Notes: a model not told the origin generated them from the sequence alone. A stretch of 56,236 bases of DNA from Chloroflexota bacterium (GCA_027317125.1 DAHVFG010000004.1:1-56236), one strand, 5' to 3'; positions 29,061 through 38,652 are shown, counted from the first letter of the stretch. Numbers and translations: made by a program.

Positions 29061-30391
29061 GGCTGCGCGCTCCAATGCAAACCTCGGTCCTGGCTCCTCC
29101 AAAGACGAGCACGGCTATCTACAGCCAGGATGAGCGGGTCTGGTTGGGAGCGCGCACTGACCGCGACGAGAGATTGCTGCAAAGAGAGGCTGCTCCAACT
29201 GCTGCCCCCATCGATGCTTTTGAAAAGGCCCAGATCGGTGCCCACGTAGATCGCTCCGTTGAATAGAGTGCCATCCGCCGCCTGGAACCGGTCTCCACTG
29301 GCCGGATCAACGGCCACTGTGCGCACCGCCAACGTCGGCAGCACTCCGTTCAGAACGCCGCTAGCGCTTCCCCACGCCCGCCCATCGCTGCTCGCCAGCA
29401 GGCCGTCTCCCGGGCTGGCTGCATAAAAGGCCGAATAGCTCCCTGGTTGCCACACCAGAGCTGCTGCATTTGTGGGCAGTCCATCGCCAACAAGGTTCCA
29501 TTCCTTTTGGTCGTTAGTACGGTATAGGCCCGCTCCACGTACGCTTGCGTAGAGGGGCTGCGGAACCCCAGGGCCTGTAGCGATAGCCTGGATTTGAGCT
29601 TTAGGAACCGGTAAAGGCAGGGGCAACCAGGTCAGCCCCTCATCATCGCTGCGCATTACCTGTTCAGATGTCGTAAGAAAGATTGCATCACCTTTCGCTG
29701 AAGCGCCGGCGAACGCCAGCACGTCTCCAGCTACGCCCTGCACGGGGAGCCAGCTGCGGCCACTGTCGCTGCTGCGCAGTAAGCCTTCATGATGGCCGAT
29801 AAGGACAACCTGTGTGCCGGGGACCAGCAGCGCTGCGTGTGTGTGCAGCACGGGCAACGCTGGCGCATCCTCCGCCGCAGGTGCTACACGACTGTTCGCC
29901 AGCCAAACAGCCATCGTACCAAAGACAAGCATTCCCAGCACGGCAAGCCCACTAGTCACTCGAAGGAATCTGCGCCTGTTCACAGTTGATAGCTGCGTGC
30001 CCTGTGACGAGCTCTGTGGGGCCTTAGTTGATGTCGCTTGCACCGCTTCTGCACTCTGCCATTGGCTGCCGACCTGCTCCCGCACTCCTGCTTGCTCCAG
30101 GCGCTGAAGCACGCCTATGGCTTGATCACGGTAGTGCACCTTCAAATCGCGGTAATCTGCTTCGTTCAGGTTCCCAAGAGTGTAGTCAAAATCAAGCTCA
30201 GCCAGCCCTGCGATAGCGGCCTCTCGCTGCTCAAGGAGCGCCGCAACAGGATCGCCTCCTTTGGACGCAGAGGGTTGTAGCTGCGCCGGAGTTGAGGTTG
30301 AAATGCCCCGTTTGCCTCTGAGGGGCGCTAACACGTAAGCTAGCGCCAGGCAAGCCATCGCCAGTGCAAACAAGGTCAGCAGTACCGGCAT
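29057..30391 (-). CDS. CcmI-N-like domain fused to a BNR/Asp-box beta-propeller
   Basis: TM plus LAELDFDY.LG.L...DY helix; second TM; Asp-boxes SSDSGRSW, SDDEGLTW, SSDGRAW, SIDGGSSW, SQDRGLHW. Confidence 0.78.
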   Translation of the reverse strand: MPVLLTLFALAMACLALAYVLAPLRGKRGISTSTPAQLQPSASKGGDPVAALLEQREAAIAGLAELDFDYTLGNLNEADYRDLKVHYRDQAIGVLQRLEQAGVREQVGSQWQSAEAVQATSTKAPQSSSQGTQLSTVNRRRFLRVTSGLAVLGMLVFGTMAVWLANSRVAPAAEDAPALPVLHTHAALLVPGTQVVLIGHHEGLLRSSDSGRSWLPVQGVAGDVLAFAGASAKGDAIFLTTSEQVMRSDDEGLTWLPLPLPVPKAQIQAIATGPGVPQPLYASVRGAGLYRTNDQKEWNLVGDGLPTNAAALVWQPGSYSAFYAASPGDGLLASSDGRAWGSASGVLNGVLPTLAVRTVAVDPASGDRFQAADGTLFNGAIYVGTDLGLFKSIDGGSSWSSLSLQQSLVAVSARSQPDPLILAVDSRARLWRSQDRGLHWSAQP

Positions 30392-30906
30392 TAGAACTCT
30401 CCGCTCTTGTAAAGCGATAACTCCGCATCAAGCATCGCCTCGTAGCGGTCTCGCTCCACGATGGGGAGAGCGCACTCCCCTGGTAAAGTAGAGATAGCTT
30501 TGCTTGCGAGCGCACTCCGCACGCGCACGACCATGAGCAAGCCGCCCGCTACAACTGCCAGAGCCGCGCCAAGCCATATCAATAGTGTGAAACCCTCTTT
30601 AGGTGGGTCGAGCAAGATCCCATTGCCATAATTTTGGACGAAGTACTGGGTGATCTCCTCTCGTGATGCTCCTGCCTCTAGCTTCTGGCGGATCACCGCC
30701 CGCATCTCAGTCGCCAACTGCGAGGGCGAGTCAGCCACTGATAGGTTCTGACAGACAGGGCAGCGCAGGGTGAGCGCGATTTCGCGCACCTTTTGGTTCA
30801 GGTCCTGATCCTGGCTTTGTGCAAGCGCGCTCGTGGGCAGCAACCACACCAGCACCCAGGCGAGGAGCAGTGCCGCACTCGCTCTGAGCGTAAGGGTTCT
30901 AAGCAT
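30391..30906 (-). CDS. ccmH: Cytochrome c biogenesis protein CcmH
   Basis: LRCPVCQNLSVADS...A.EMR..I...YG..ILL.PP. Confidence 0.93.
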   Translation of the reverse strand: MLRTLTLRASAALLLAWVLVWLLPTSALAQSQDQDLNQKVREIALTLRCPVCQNLSVADSPSQLATEMRAVIRQKLEAGASREEITQYFVQNYGNGILLDPPKEGFTLLIWLGAALAVVAGGLLMVVRVRSALASKAISTLPGECALPIVERDRYEAMLDAELSLYKSGEF

Positions 30907-32920
30907 CTGCAAGTGACCCTCCTGGCACCGGCACAGTAGTCGGTAAGGCCCGCCTTACAGCCAGGCCATGAGGCCATACTGCTACCACTGTACCCGCCAA
31001 CAGCAACAACCCTCCGAACCAGATCAGTGACACCAGCGGATTTATGAAGATCCGAAAGCTGGCTACCTGCGCTGCGCCACTTGTACTGCTGTCGGTGAGG
31101 AGGATGTAAACGTCGTCGAGCCACGGAAAGGTTGTGCCGATAGCCACTCCAGTGACCGGCTGCTGTTCCCAATTGGTGTAGACGCGCTTTTCTGCCTGAA
31201 GCTGTAAGGTCGAAGTATTGCCGCCCTCTACTCTCAGTGCAGCCGCGACTGCGTCTACGCCCGGTTCCCGGTAACTTGAAAGCCCGCTGTAAGTTACCTT
31301 GTAGCGACCGATGGTGTAGCTTTCACCTGGGCGCAATTGTATGTCGGCGGTTTGCTGGAAAAAGCTTGAGCCGATCACGCCGAAGGCCACCGCCACTATG
31401 CCCAGATGGACGATATACCCACCGTAGCGGCGGCGGTTAGCCGCTACCAGGCTGCGGAGCGCTCTCAATGGCCCGCTCCCTGCCCGCTTACGGGTGCGCA
31501 CACCCCGCGCAAACTCCAACGCGATAGCGCCGAGCACAAAGGTGCATGCGCCATATGCAATCGCAGCCCCTGCTGTGGCGAAACCGAGCAGCGCCAGCAA
31601 TGCGAGCGTAACTGCTACTGCGGCCACAACGGGCCAGGTAAAGTTGTGCAGCAGGCTGGGGCGAGAGGTGCGCCGCCAGGCGAGGAGAGGGCCAATGCCC
31701 ATGAGCACGATCAGCCCCAGGAAAATCGGGCCATTGACCTGCTTGTAGAACTGTGGGCCAATCGCCACTTTCGTGCCTTGTATCGCCTCAGAGAGGAGAG
31801 GGAAGATCGTCCCCCAAAAAGTAGCTCCGGCCACGGCCAGAAGCAACCAGTTATTGGCCAGGAAGCCCGCTTCCCTGGAGAGAAGGGCGTCAAAGTGCCC
31901 CTCGGCTTTCAGGCTGGGCAGGCGGTAGATGAGCAAGCCTGCCGCTCCGAGCACCACTATGGTGAGGAAAGCAAAAAAGTAGGGGCCAATGACAGATAGA
32001 GAGAAGGAGTGGACGGAAGATATAACCCCGCTTCGCACCACAAAGGTGCCGAAAACGGCCAGCACGAAGGCGCCTATCGCAAGCCCCAGGTTCCAAACCT
32101 TGAGCATACCCCGCCGCTCCTGCACCATAATAGAGTGCAGCAAAGCGGTAGCTATCAGCCATGGCAAGAGAGCGGCGTTCTCTACAGGGTCCCAGCCCCA
32201 ATAGCCTCCCCAGCCGAGTACGTGGTACGCCCACCAGGCTCCCATCAACAGACCTGCTCCCTGGATAGCCCATGAGAGTAGAACCCAGCCGCGTAATGCT
32301 TTGAGCCATGACCGCCCCAGGTCGCCCGTCACCAGCGCGGCGATAGCGAAGGCGAAGGGCACAGAGAAGCTCATATACCCTGTGAGGAGGAGCGGGGGGT
32401 GGATCCGCATTCCGGCGTCGAGAAGCAAAGGGTTCAGACCGCGCCCGTCGCCAGGAGCCAGGGGCACACGCTCAAATGGATTGGAGACCATAGTAAGGAC
32501 AAAGAGGAAGAAGGTCTGCACGCTCAACAGCACAGCCACGATTACAGGCATCAGGTGTGGGTATTGGGCGCGATGCTTCCAAAGGACCAGCACCATGAGA
32601 AGCGCCTGCATTGTTGCCCAGAAAAGGAGTGACCCCTCTTGACCTCCCCAGAAGGCGCTGAGCAGAGCCAGGGTATCCATAGAGCGGCTGGACGTTTCAG
32701 CCACGAAGCGCAAACCGAAATCATGGTTCAACAGTGATAACCAGAGCACCAGGGCCGCCAGCGTCACCAGCGAAGCCACAGCAATAACGCCGCGGTAGGC
32801 GCTGGTCAACAACGCGGGCACTCGTCGCCCCACGATCGCCGCTACTGCGCTGTAGGCTGAAACGAGGAGCGCGGCCAGCAGGGCCACGTAGCCAATATCT
32901 GAGAATTGCGCGACTATCAT
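30899..32920 (-). CDS. ccmF: Cytochrome c synthetase (heme lyase) CcmF
   Basis: WGGQEGSLL, GLNPLL, IHPP, WGGYWGWDPVENAALLPW, SVHSF; start ATG 32920 coupled to the ccmE stop. Confidence 0.96.
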   Translation of the reverse strand: MIVAQFSDIGYVALLAALLVSAYSAVAAIVGRRVPALLTSAYRGVIAVASLVTLAALVLWLSLLNHDFGLRFVAETSSRSMDTLALLSAFWGGQEGSLLFWATMQALLMVLVLWKHRAQYPHLMPVIVAVLLSVQTFFLFVLTMVSNPFERVPLAPGDGRGLNPLLLDAGMRIHPPLLLTGYMSFSVPFAFAIAALVTGDLGRSWLKALRGWVLLSWAIQGAGLLMGAWWAYHVLGWGGYWGWDPVENAALLPWLIATALLHSIMVQERRGMLKVWNLGLAIGAFVLAVFGTFVVRSGVISSVHSFSLSVIGPYFFAFLTIVVLGAAGLLIYRLPSLKAEGHFDALLSREAGFLANNWLLLAVAGATFWGTIFPLLSEAIQGTKVAIGPQFYKQVNGPIFLGLIVLMGIGPLLAWRRTSRPSLLHNFTWPVVAAVAVTLALLALLGFATAGAAIAYGACTFVLGAIALEFARGVRTRKRAGSGPLRALRSLVAANRRRYGGYIVHLGIVAVAFGVIGSSFFQQTADIQLRPGESYTIGRYKVTYSGLSSYREPGVDAVAAALRVEGGNTSTLQLQAEKRVYTNWEQQPVTGVAIGTTFPWLDDVYILLTDSSTSGAAQVASFRIFINPLVSLIWFGGLLLLAGTVVAVWPHGLAVRRALPTTVPVPGGSLADA

Positions 32921-33369
32921 GGCTGAGATGCTCCACCGGGTGTGGGTACGACAGCAGCAAATCGCGATGGACACTTGGCAAGGAGTGTTTGCGCCTGAAA
33001 GACGCCGCTAGCGTCGCGCTGCCCCTCAACCACCACCTGCACGCCTGGCCCAAAGATGTCGGGAACCACACCGCTGTATGTTACCGGCAAACGATCACTG
33101 CCATCAAGGATGTCGAACGAGAGGCGTGACGGCGCAGAGGCGCGCTGCACAGAGCCACTGGCGACAATGCCTGCCACCCGAACCGGCTGGGCGCTTGCCG
33201 GCTTTGCCTTAAGCTCTTTTACCGTCTGGTAATAGACTGTGCCTTGCGGCAGGCTGGCCATCACCAGGTAGGCAAGCCCTCCTAGAACAAGAACCCCCGC
33301 CAACAGCACACGAAACTGGCCGGCCCAACTCTTTTTGGCTTGTACAGGCCACTCTAACTCTTGTGCCAA
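32917..33369 (-). CDS. ccmE: Heme chaperone CcmE, Cys variant (AKCPSRF)
   Basis: N-terminal TM, VYY.TV.E, VRVAG.V..GS, V.Y.G.VPD.F..G..VVVEG, LLAKCPSRF. Confidence 0.92.
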   Translation of the reverse strand: MAQELEWPVQAKKSWAGQFRVLLAGVLVLGGLAYLVMASLPQGTVYYQTVKELKAKPASAQPVRVAGIVASGSVQRASAPSRLSFDILDGSDRLPVTYSGVVPDIFGPGVQVVVEGQRDASGVFQAQTLLAKCPSRFAAVVPTPGGASQP

Positions 33370-33418
33370 CTCTCTTATCCCTCCCCTCGGGTCAAGCTCG
33401 CCAGCGCGTAGCTGTGAC

Positions 33419-33874
33419 CTATATTCTCCCCGTTTCGGCCTCGTATATAAGGGTGAGCGCCACGCCCAGTGCCAGCGCCCCAGCGCCCAACGCTAACACG
33501 AGCCGCCCCCGGTCACGCCACCACGGGCGGGCTCCCGCCATCGTGGAGCGTACCTGCCGCACCCCTTGCCGCCCGCCGCTCACCAGCCATACAATGCCCG
33601 CTGTCATAATTAACTTTATCACCAGCACCACGACATATGTTAACCCAACCTGTGGGTTTGATAGTCGGTCAAAGATCAGATAAACACCGCTGCCAACTAA
33701 CAACACGAGAGAGCGCGCCATCAGCAGTCGCAGTGTGTTGTAGTACCCGCCCGTTACCGTCCCCTGGGCAGAACGCGCCAGGAAGTAGAGCAATCCGCAC
33801 CCGATCCAGACTGCTGCTCCACCTGTATGCGTAAGACGCATCGCAAAGCGCAGAACCTCGGCCAGCGTCACCAT
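33419..33874 (-). CDS. CopD-like four-TM membrane protein
   Basis: RLTH...AAVWIG motif, L..SG.Y, Y...LVIKL; located between ccmG and ccmE. Confidence 0.6.
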   Translation of the reverse strand: MVTLAEVLRFAMRLTHTGGAAVWIGCGLLYFLARSAQGTVTGGYYNTLRLLMARSLVLLVGSGVYLIFDRLSNPQVGLTYVVVLVIKLIMTAGIVWLVSGGRQGVRQVRSTMAGARPWWRDRGRLVLALGAGALALGVALTLIYEAETGRI

Positions 33875-33884
33875 GTCCGTTCTA

Positions 33885-34454
33885 TCATGGTGTGGGTGTG
33901 GCTTTCGGTTCTGCTACCAGTACATCGAGCTGGTCACGAGTGATCGGCCCGATCCAGTGCATAGTTATCATGCCTTGAGCGTCCACCACGAACGTTTCGG
34001 GTATGCCTGTCACCCCATAATCAACGGCAGCCGCCCCGGTGTCCTGCCCGTTGGGGTAGGCTATGCCGAACTCGTTCAGAAAAGCCTCTGCCGCCGTTTT
34101 GTCGTCCCAGACATTCACTCCTACCAGTATAATGTTGCGCGCTTTGTAATCGCGAGCGGCTTGCGCCAGCACAGGAGCCTCAGTACGACAAGGGTTGCAC
34201 CAGGAAGCCCAGAAATTGACGACAACCATCTTGCCACGTTGCTCCGACAGAGTCCAGGGCGTATCCTTCCCATCAAAGAGGCGCAAACGCAGCTCAGGCG
34301 CGGGCCGTTGCTGGGCGCGAGCTATGACGCCCTGAGAGTTGACACCCGGGCTGGCAGACCCGGTGTCGGGGCGTATCATGCCCCAACCAAGCAAAGCCAA
34401 CAGCCCCACTGCCGCCGCAAGGCCCAGGACGCTAATCAAGCGCTGTGCTGTCAT
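33885..34454 (-). CDS. ccmG: CcmG/TlpA thiol-disulfide oxidoreductase
   Basis: N-terminal TM, VVVNFWASWCNPCR, YGVTGIPETF; first gene of the ccm run. Confidence 0.85.
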   Translation of the reverse strand: MTAQRLISVLGLAAAVGLLALLGWGMIRPDTGSASPGVNSQGVIARAQQRPAPELRLRLFDGKDTPWTLSEQRGKMVVVNFWASWCNPCRTEAPVLAQAARDYKARNIILVGVNVWDDKTAAEAFLNEFGIAYPNGQDTGAAAVDYGVTGIPETFVVDAQGMITMHWIGPITRDQLDVLVAEPKATPTP

Positions 34455-34726
34455 TCAACCCCCTGAGTACACGCTTTCGGCTTTATGCTACTGCTAAAGA
34501 CCCTCGCCCGAAAGCGCTTTGTTTACAGTTACCGCACATGGCAAGCTGTAGTAGCTCTTGCTGCAATTTTTATTAAGCTAATACCGAAAATCTATCACAA
34601 ACACCAGCCTGATGTCCAGCCATGATAGCTACATTGAGCGTGAAGAGTAGAGAAGTGCAGCAATTTTTTAACCTATATTAATCCTGGGGCAATGCAATAC
34701 GACACTATCGGCTGCGCTTTCATCCC

Positions 34727-35905
34727 CTACCGGGCAGCGCCCAACCGTTGTTGGAGAGTAGAGGCATCCATTTGCCCGATCTGCACGGCCCGGATCATAC
34801 CATCTTTATCAATAAAGTATGATGTGGGTATAGGTCCGACCTGGTAAAGATCGGTCACATAATTCTGGAGATCCATTGCCACAGGAAAGGTCACTCCAAA
34901 CTCTTCCACAAAAGCACTGACACTTGGCAGCTCGCTTTGAGTTGCCACAGCGATTATCTCAAATCTACTGGCCTCTCCGTTGCTCTCTTGAGACTTGTAA
35001 GCCTCCTCCAGGATAGGCACCACAGCCCGGCAAGCTGGGCACCAGGGCGCCCAGAGGTAGAGCACAACTCTCGTGCCGCGCAGCGCGCTAAGTTGGATAG
35101 CTTTGCCGTCAACCCCCTTGAGGCTAAAGTCGGGCGCCCGGGTACCAACCCGTGGGGCTATGCCATTGTTTGGGTCGCGCAGCCTTTCTATGTTAGCTTT
35201 TTGCACCAGGCCCAGCTGCCACTGGTTTACTCTGGCAGCTCGAACCTTAGGGTCGTTCGAGCCGCCAGTAATATAGCGTTCTTCAAATCGCTCGACAAGC
35301 GTAACGTCGGCAAGACTTGTCTTCAGATCATCATACGTCAAGCCGTTACTGCGCAATCTCTCATCAAGCTTACCGGGCGCAACGTTGCCTTGCTTTATAA
35401 TCAGAGCGACTTCATCACCTATATCCTGTGTGGTTACGCTAAAGCCTGCCTGACGCGCAGCCTGCGCTTGTATCTCAACAAGTATGACCTGTTCGAGCAC
35501 TGAGGGAGCAGATAGGGCTTCTTCTTTGCCGGTGGAGGCGGCAGAAAGGGCTTTATTTACCTTGATCTGGCGGTCGACCTGCTCAAGAGTGATAGGTTGG
35601 CCGTTTACACGGGCTACTACGCTGCCCTGGAGGAGCGGCTGCCACCAAAAGGCCAAACTCCAGATGGTGAGAATGATGGCCGAAATTAAGCCTGTGAGCG
35701 CGAGGAGCCTTCGCCTCTGCCGGATCCGCTTACGGCGCTGTACAATCACAAAGCTCCGAAGGGGTACCTTACGTTTACTGTCAACCTTTACAGGGTGCGA
35801 GACCGGGACACCATCACTCCGGTTGCCTGTCTCTATCTCAACCTCAAAAAGAGATGCCGGCTCCTGCCTCTTTTCAGGGCGTTTTACTGGAGATGACTTG
35901 CTCAT
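34727..35905 (-). CDS. SurA N-terminal-like chaperone domain fused to a TlpA/ResA redoxin
   Basis: TM, VVARVNGQPIT...LEQVI...Q.A...G.SVT.QDI (SurA-N), then APDFSL, WAPWCPAC, IPTSYFID. Confidence 0.82.
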   Translation of the reverse strand: MSKSSPVKRPEKRQEPASLFEVEIETGNRSDGVPVSHPVKVDSKRKVPLRSFVIVQRRKRIRQRRRLLALTGLISAIILTIWSLAFWWQPLLQGSVVARVNGQPITLEQVDRQIKVNKALSAASTGKEEALSAPSVLEQVILVEIQAQAARQAGFSVTTQDIGDEVALIIKQGNVAPGKLDERLRSNGLTYDDLKTSLADVTLVERFEERYITGGSNDPKVRAARVNQWQLGLVQKANIERLRDPNNGIAPRVGTRAPDFSLKGVDGKAIQLSALRGTRVVLYLWAPWCPACRAVVPILEEAYKSQESNGEASRFEIIAVATQSELPSVSAFVEEFGVTFPVAMDLQNYVTDLYQVGPIPTSYFIDKDGMIRAVQIGQMDASTLQQRLGAAR

Positions 35906-35984
35906 AGCTCTGCCTACTCCAAAAGCAATGCTCCACCGCTCCACCCCCACCCGCACACCCTACAGCTTGGGGCGATCTGCCCAA

Positions 35985-36023
35985 CTACTAAACGATTATA
36001 GTTGAATGCCTAGCCTCTGTCAA
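35985..36023 (-). promoter_or_regulatory. sigma70 promoter of surA-tlpA with shared operator copy 1
   Basis: Minus-strand TTGACA (36023-36018), 17 bp, TATAAT (36000-35995). Motif CTACTAAACGATTATAGTTG at 35985-36004. Confidence 0.85.
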
Positions 36024-36231
36024 CGATGGACCCCGGTGATTTACCTGTATATCGATGAGACCATCAGGAAAGAGCCGCCGGCCACGGTAAGAGTGTTGTA
36101 GGCATTGTTGCTGAGAATCCAGTATAATAGTGATAACAGACCCAAACACGACCTTTTCTTGGCGGCTTTGACAGCTCTGATCATTTGCATAGATATTCCA
36201 TGTAAGAGTAGCCACCAGGGAAATAAATATC

Positions 36232-36270
36232 TTGACAACTCTGCCATAATCTACTAATATAGCTTCGTAG
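36232..36270 (+). promoter_or_regulatory. sigma70 promoter of tlpA with shared operator copy 2
   Basis: TTGACA (36232-36237), 17 bp, TAATAT (36255-36260). Near-palindrome CTACTAATATAGCTTCGTAG at 36251-36270. Confidence 0.8.
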
Positions 36271-36327
36271 AATAACTTTGTTGCAGGATTGGTCACCCTG
36301 CGGTCTATGAAAAGAGGGAGATAGGCA

Positions 36328-37167
36328 ATGGAAGGAAACGTGCGTCGCGATGAGGTAAGCTTGGGTCGCCGCTCCACGAAAGGCGGGCCATCTTCCGCAA
36401 GTAGGGCTGCGGGATCTGTGCCCATTGCGCCTTCCAGACGCAACCGTACCTACACCGTGAATGAGGCTTCTCAGTTGAGAGGTAGAGCAGCATCCGAGAC
36501 TTCCGTCCAGTATGAAGATGACCTGGATTACGAAGATGACCTGGATTACGAGGGTAGCTGGGAAGAAAGCGAGAGCGTAGAGCGAGACCCGCTTCGGACG
36601 CGGCTTGTCATTATAGCGGGCGCACTGGCAGGTATCCTTATAGTGTTAGTGGCGCTGCTCTTATTGCAGACGCAGCGTAGAGGGCAACTGGCTGCTGCCG
36701 GTAACGCCGGTGGCGCTTCGAATAGTGGCTCTGCTTTACCGGCGGCCCCAATAGTGGGGCGATACCCACCCGACTTCACGCTGACCACTCTGGATGGGAA
36801 GTCTGTAACGCTGAGCAGCCTGCGTGGGAAGCCCGTCTGGGTAAACTTTTGGGCCACCTGGTGCCCGCCCTGTCGCGCCGAAATGCCTGAGATGAAGCTG
36901 CGCTATGCCAAGTTCAAGGACCAGGGCCTGGTAATTCTGGGTGTTGATAACGCGGAAAATCCCGACACAGTGAAACAGTTTACTAGCAGTAACGGGTATG
37001 ACTGGACCTTTCTGCTCGACAGCGACACCGCTGTGGGCCAGCAGTATTATGTGACAGGCATACCGACCCACATATTTGTGGGTAAAGATGGCATTATCAA
37101 AGCCATCCAGGTGGGTGGTATACCGGGTACAATGATGGACCGCTACCTGGGCCTTATTATGAATTAG
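36328..37167 (+). CDS. TlpA/ResA family redoxin with long cytoplasmic N-terminal tail
   Basis: TM after about 90 aa, PDFTL.TLDG, VNFWATWCPPCRAEMP, GIPTH. Confidence 0.9.
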   Translation: MEGNVRRDEVSLGRRSTKGGPSSASRAAGSVPIAPSRRNRTYTVNEASQLRGRAASETSVQYEDDLDYEDDLDYEGSWEESESVERDPLRTRLVIIAGALAGILIVLVALLLLQTQRRGQLAAAGNAGGASNSGSALPAAPIVGRYPPDFTLTTLDGKSVTLSSLRGKPVWVNFWATWCPPCRAEMPEMKLRYAKFKDQGLVILGVDNAENPDTVKQFTSSNGYDWTFLLDSDTAVGQQYYVTGIPTHIFVGKDGIIKAIQVGGIPGTMMDRYLGLIMN

Positions 37168-37327
37168 CAGCCCGTGCCGTCACGGATGAGACCGGCTTCG
37201 CAAGTAGCCGTAAGAGACTCACCCCGAAGGCACAGAAGCGGTGAGTTGACATAAAAGGGAGCAGAGAGAAAGAGGAACAATCCTTGCGCACCTCTATCTC
37301 TGCGCAGGGCGTTCGTACATCGCTATA

Positions 37328-37365
37328 CCCCTACTCTGAACAGTTACCGGTTTCATGCCCCGTTG
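37328..37365. repeat. Isolated right end of the MITE family
   Basis: CCCCTACTCTGAACAGTTAC followed by TTTCATGCCC.GTTG, as at 42160-42198. Confidence 0.65.
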
Positions 37366-37391
37366 ACAGCAGCGCCAGTACAGTATAAGCT
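37363..37391 (+). promoter_or_regulatory. Putative sigma70 promoter of the DUF3105 gene
   Basis: TTGACA, 17 bp, TAAGCT; RBS TAAGGAG follows. Confidence 0.55.
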
Positions 37392-37431
37392 TGAGGAAGC
37401 AGCACTTCTAACTAAGGAGAAATAGAGCAAG

Positions 37432-38172
37432 ATGAGTAAAGCCTCCGGATCAAAGCCGCCTGTGCGCCGAAGTGGTACCGGTGCGCGGCCCAACACTACA
37501 CAGCGCCGAGCAAGCAGCTACGTACCCGCCAGACGTGATCCTTTCCCGTTCATAATAGGCGGGTTAATAGGAGTGTTGGTAGTTGGCATCGTGTTAGTGC
37601 TGGTGTTGGTCACTTCTACTATAAATACACCTGCGCCAAGCACAGTGCCGCAGGTTGGAGCAACGCAAGGGGCAAATACCTCCGGTAACGTCGGCAACCC
37701 CATCGTCCTGCCAACTCGCCCTCTGCCCGCCGCAGGCCCCGGCACGCCTGTGCTGGGCACAGCCGTCCTGGACGAAGGCAAGACCCATGTGCCCGATGGT
37801 ACGGCCATTACTTATAAATCTTATCCCCCCTCGTCAGGCTCACATTACTCGAAGCCTGCCAGCTACGGCTTTTCAGCCACGGAAATACCGGAAGGCAATC
37901 TCGTTCACGCCCTTGAGCACGGGGCTATCATTCTCTATTACCAACCTGGGCTGCCAGCCAGCACCATCCAGCAAATACAGGCAGCTTATACAACCTTGCC
38001 TCCCGCTAAATACGGCACTGTAAAGATGGTGATCACACCCTATGCCAAGCTCCAGACGCCTGTGGCAGTTGTCGGCTGGGCACGTGTGTTGACGCTACCC
38101 AGCTTTGATTACAACTCTATAAGCACCTTTTATCAGGAGTGGGTAGACAAAGGGCCTGAGGACGTGCCGTAG
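37432..38172 (+). CDS. DUF3105 domain membrane-anchored protein (copy 1)
   Basis: TM, THV...Y.SYPPSSGSHY, LVHALEHGAIILYY, GPEDVP C-terminus. Confidence 0.85.
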   Translation: MSKASGSKPPVRRSGTGARPNTTQRRASSYVPARRDPFPFIIGGLIGVLVVGIVLVLVLVTSTINTPAPSTVPQVGATQGANTSGNVGNPIVLPTRPLPAAGPGTPVLGTAVLDEGKTHVPDGTAITYKSYPPSSGSHYSKPASYGFSATEIPEGNLVHALEHGAIILYYQPGLPASTIQQIQAAYTTLPPAKYGTVKMVITPYAKLQTPVAVVGWARVLTLPSFDYNSISTFYQEWVDKGPEDVP

Positions 38173-38199
38173 TGCTCATACAACCGATGAGGTATCCTG

Positions 38200-38412
38200 G
38201 TGCCTAAGCGACGGAAGCGGCGGGCGAGCAACCAGGGCGAAGAGCTAATAGGGCTATTCCTGGGGTTTTTCGGTGGCTACATCTTCGCCGAGCTCCTCCT
38301 TGCACGCTTCCTGCACCCTCTCCACTGGCTCGTTGCCTTCTCCGTAGCTGCCGTAGGTTACTACGGGGTTTTGATCTGGTACCGCTGGCACCGCCCTACG
38401 CAGCATCACTGA
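38200..38412 (+). CDS. Small two-TM membrane protein (HPLHW loop)
   Basis: GAGG RBS before GTG; two hydrophobic helices. Confidence 0.55.
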   Translation: MPKRRKRRASNQGEELIGLFLGFFGGYIFAELLLARFLHPLHWLVAFSVAAVGYYGVLIWYRWHRPTQHH

Positions 38413-38652
38413 GCAAGCTGTGTTGCCACGCGGCTTGGGGTGGGGACTTACTTGGGCAGTTGCAGGTGGTGCGGAAAGTTGCCTCGAGCTAGCATGCGCC
38501 GCAAGAAAATCAAGCAGACCTTGTTTCACGAGTGATTCACATCTCACTTCTTAGCTTACAAGCGGCAAGATTCCTCGGAAGCGGGGATAACGACAGACAA
38601 GGCTTCACCGCCGCCCCGATACGCAGGCGCAGATCAGGGCATCCCTAGCCCT

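Noticed and set aside
35988-36443. 151-aa minus-strand ORF in the divergent promoter region
   Set aside because: It overlaps two clear promoters and the tlpA start and has no recognisable protein features.
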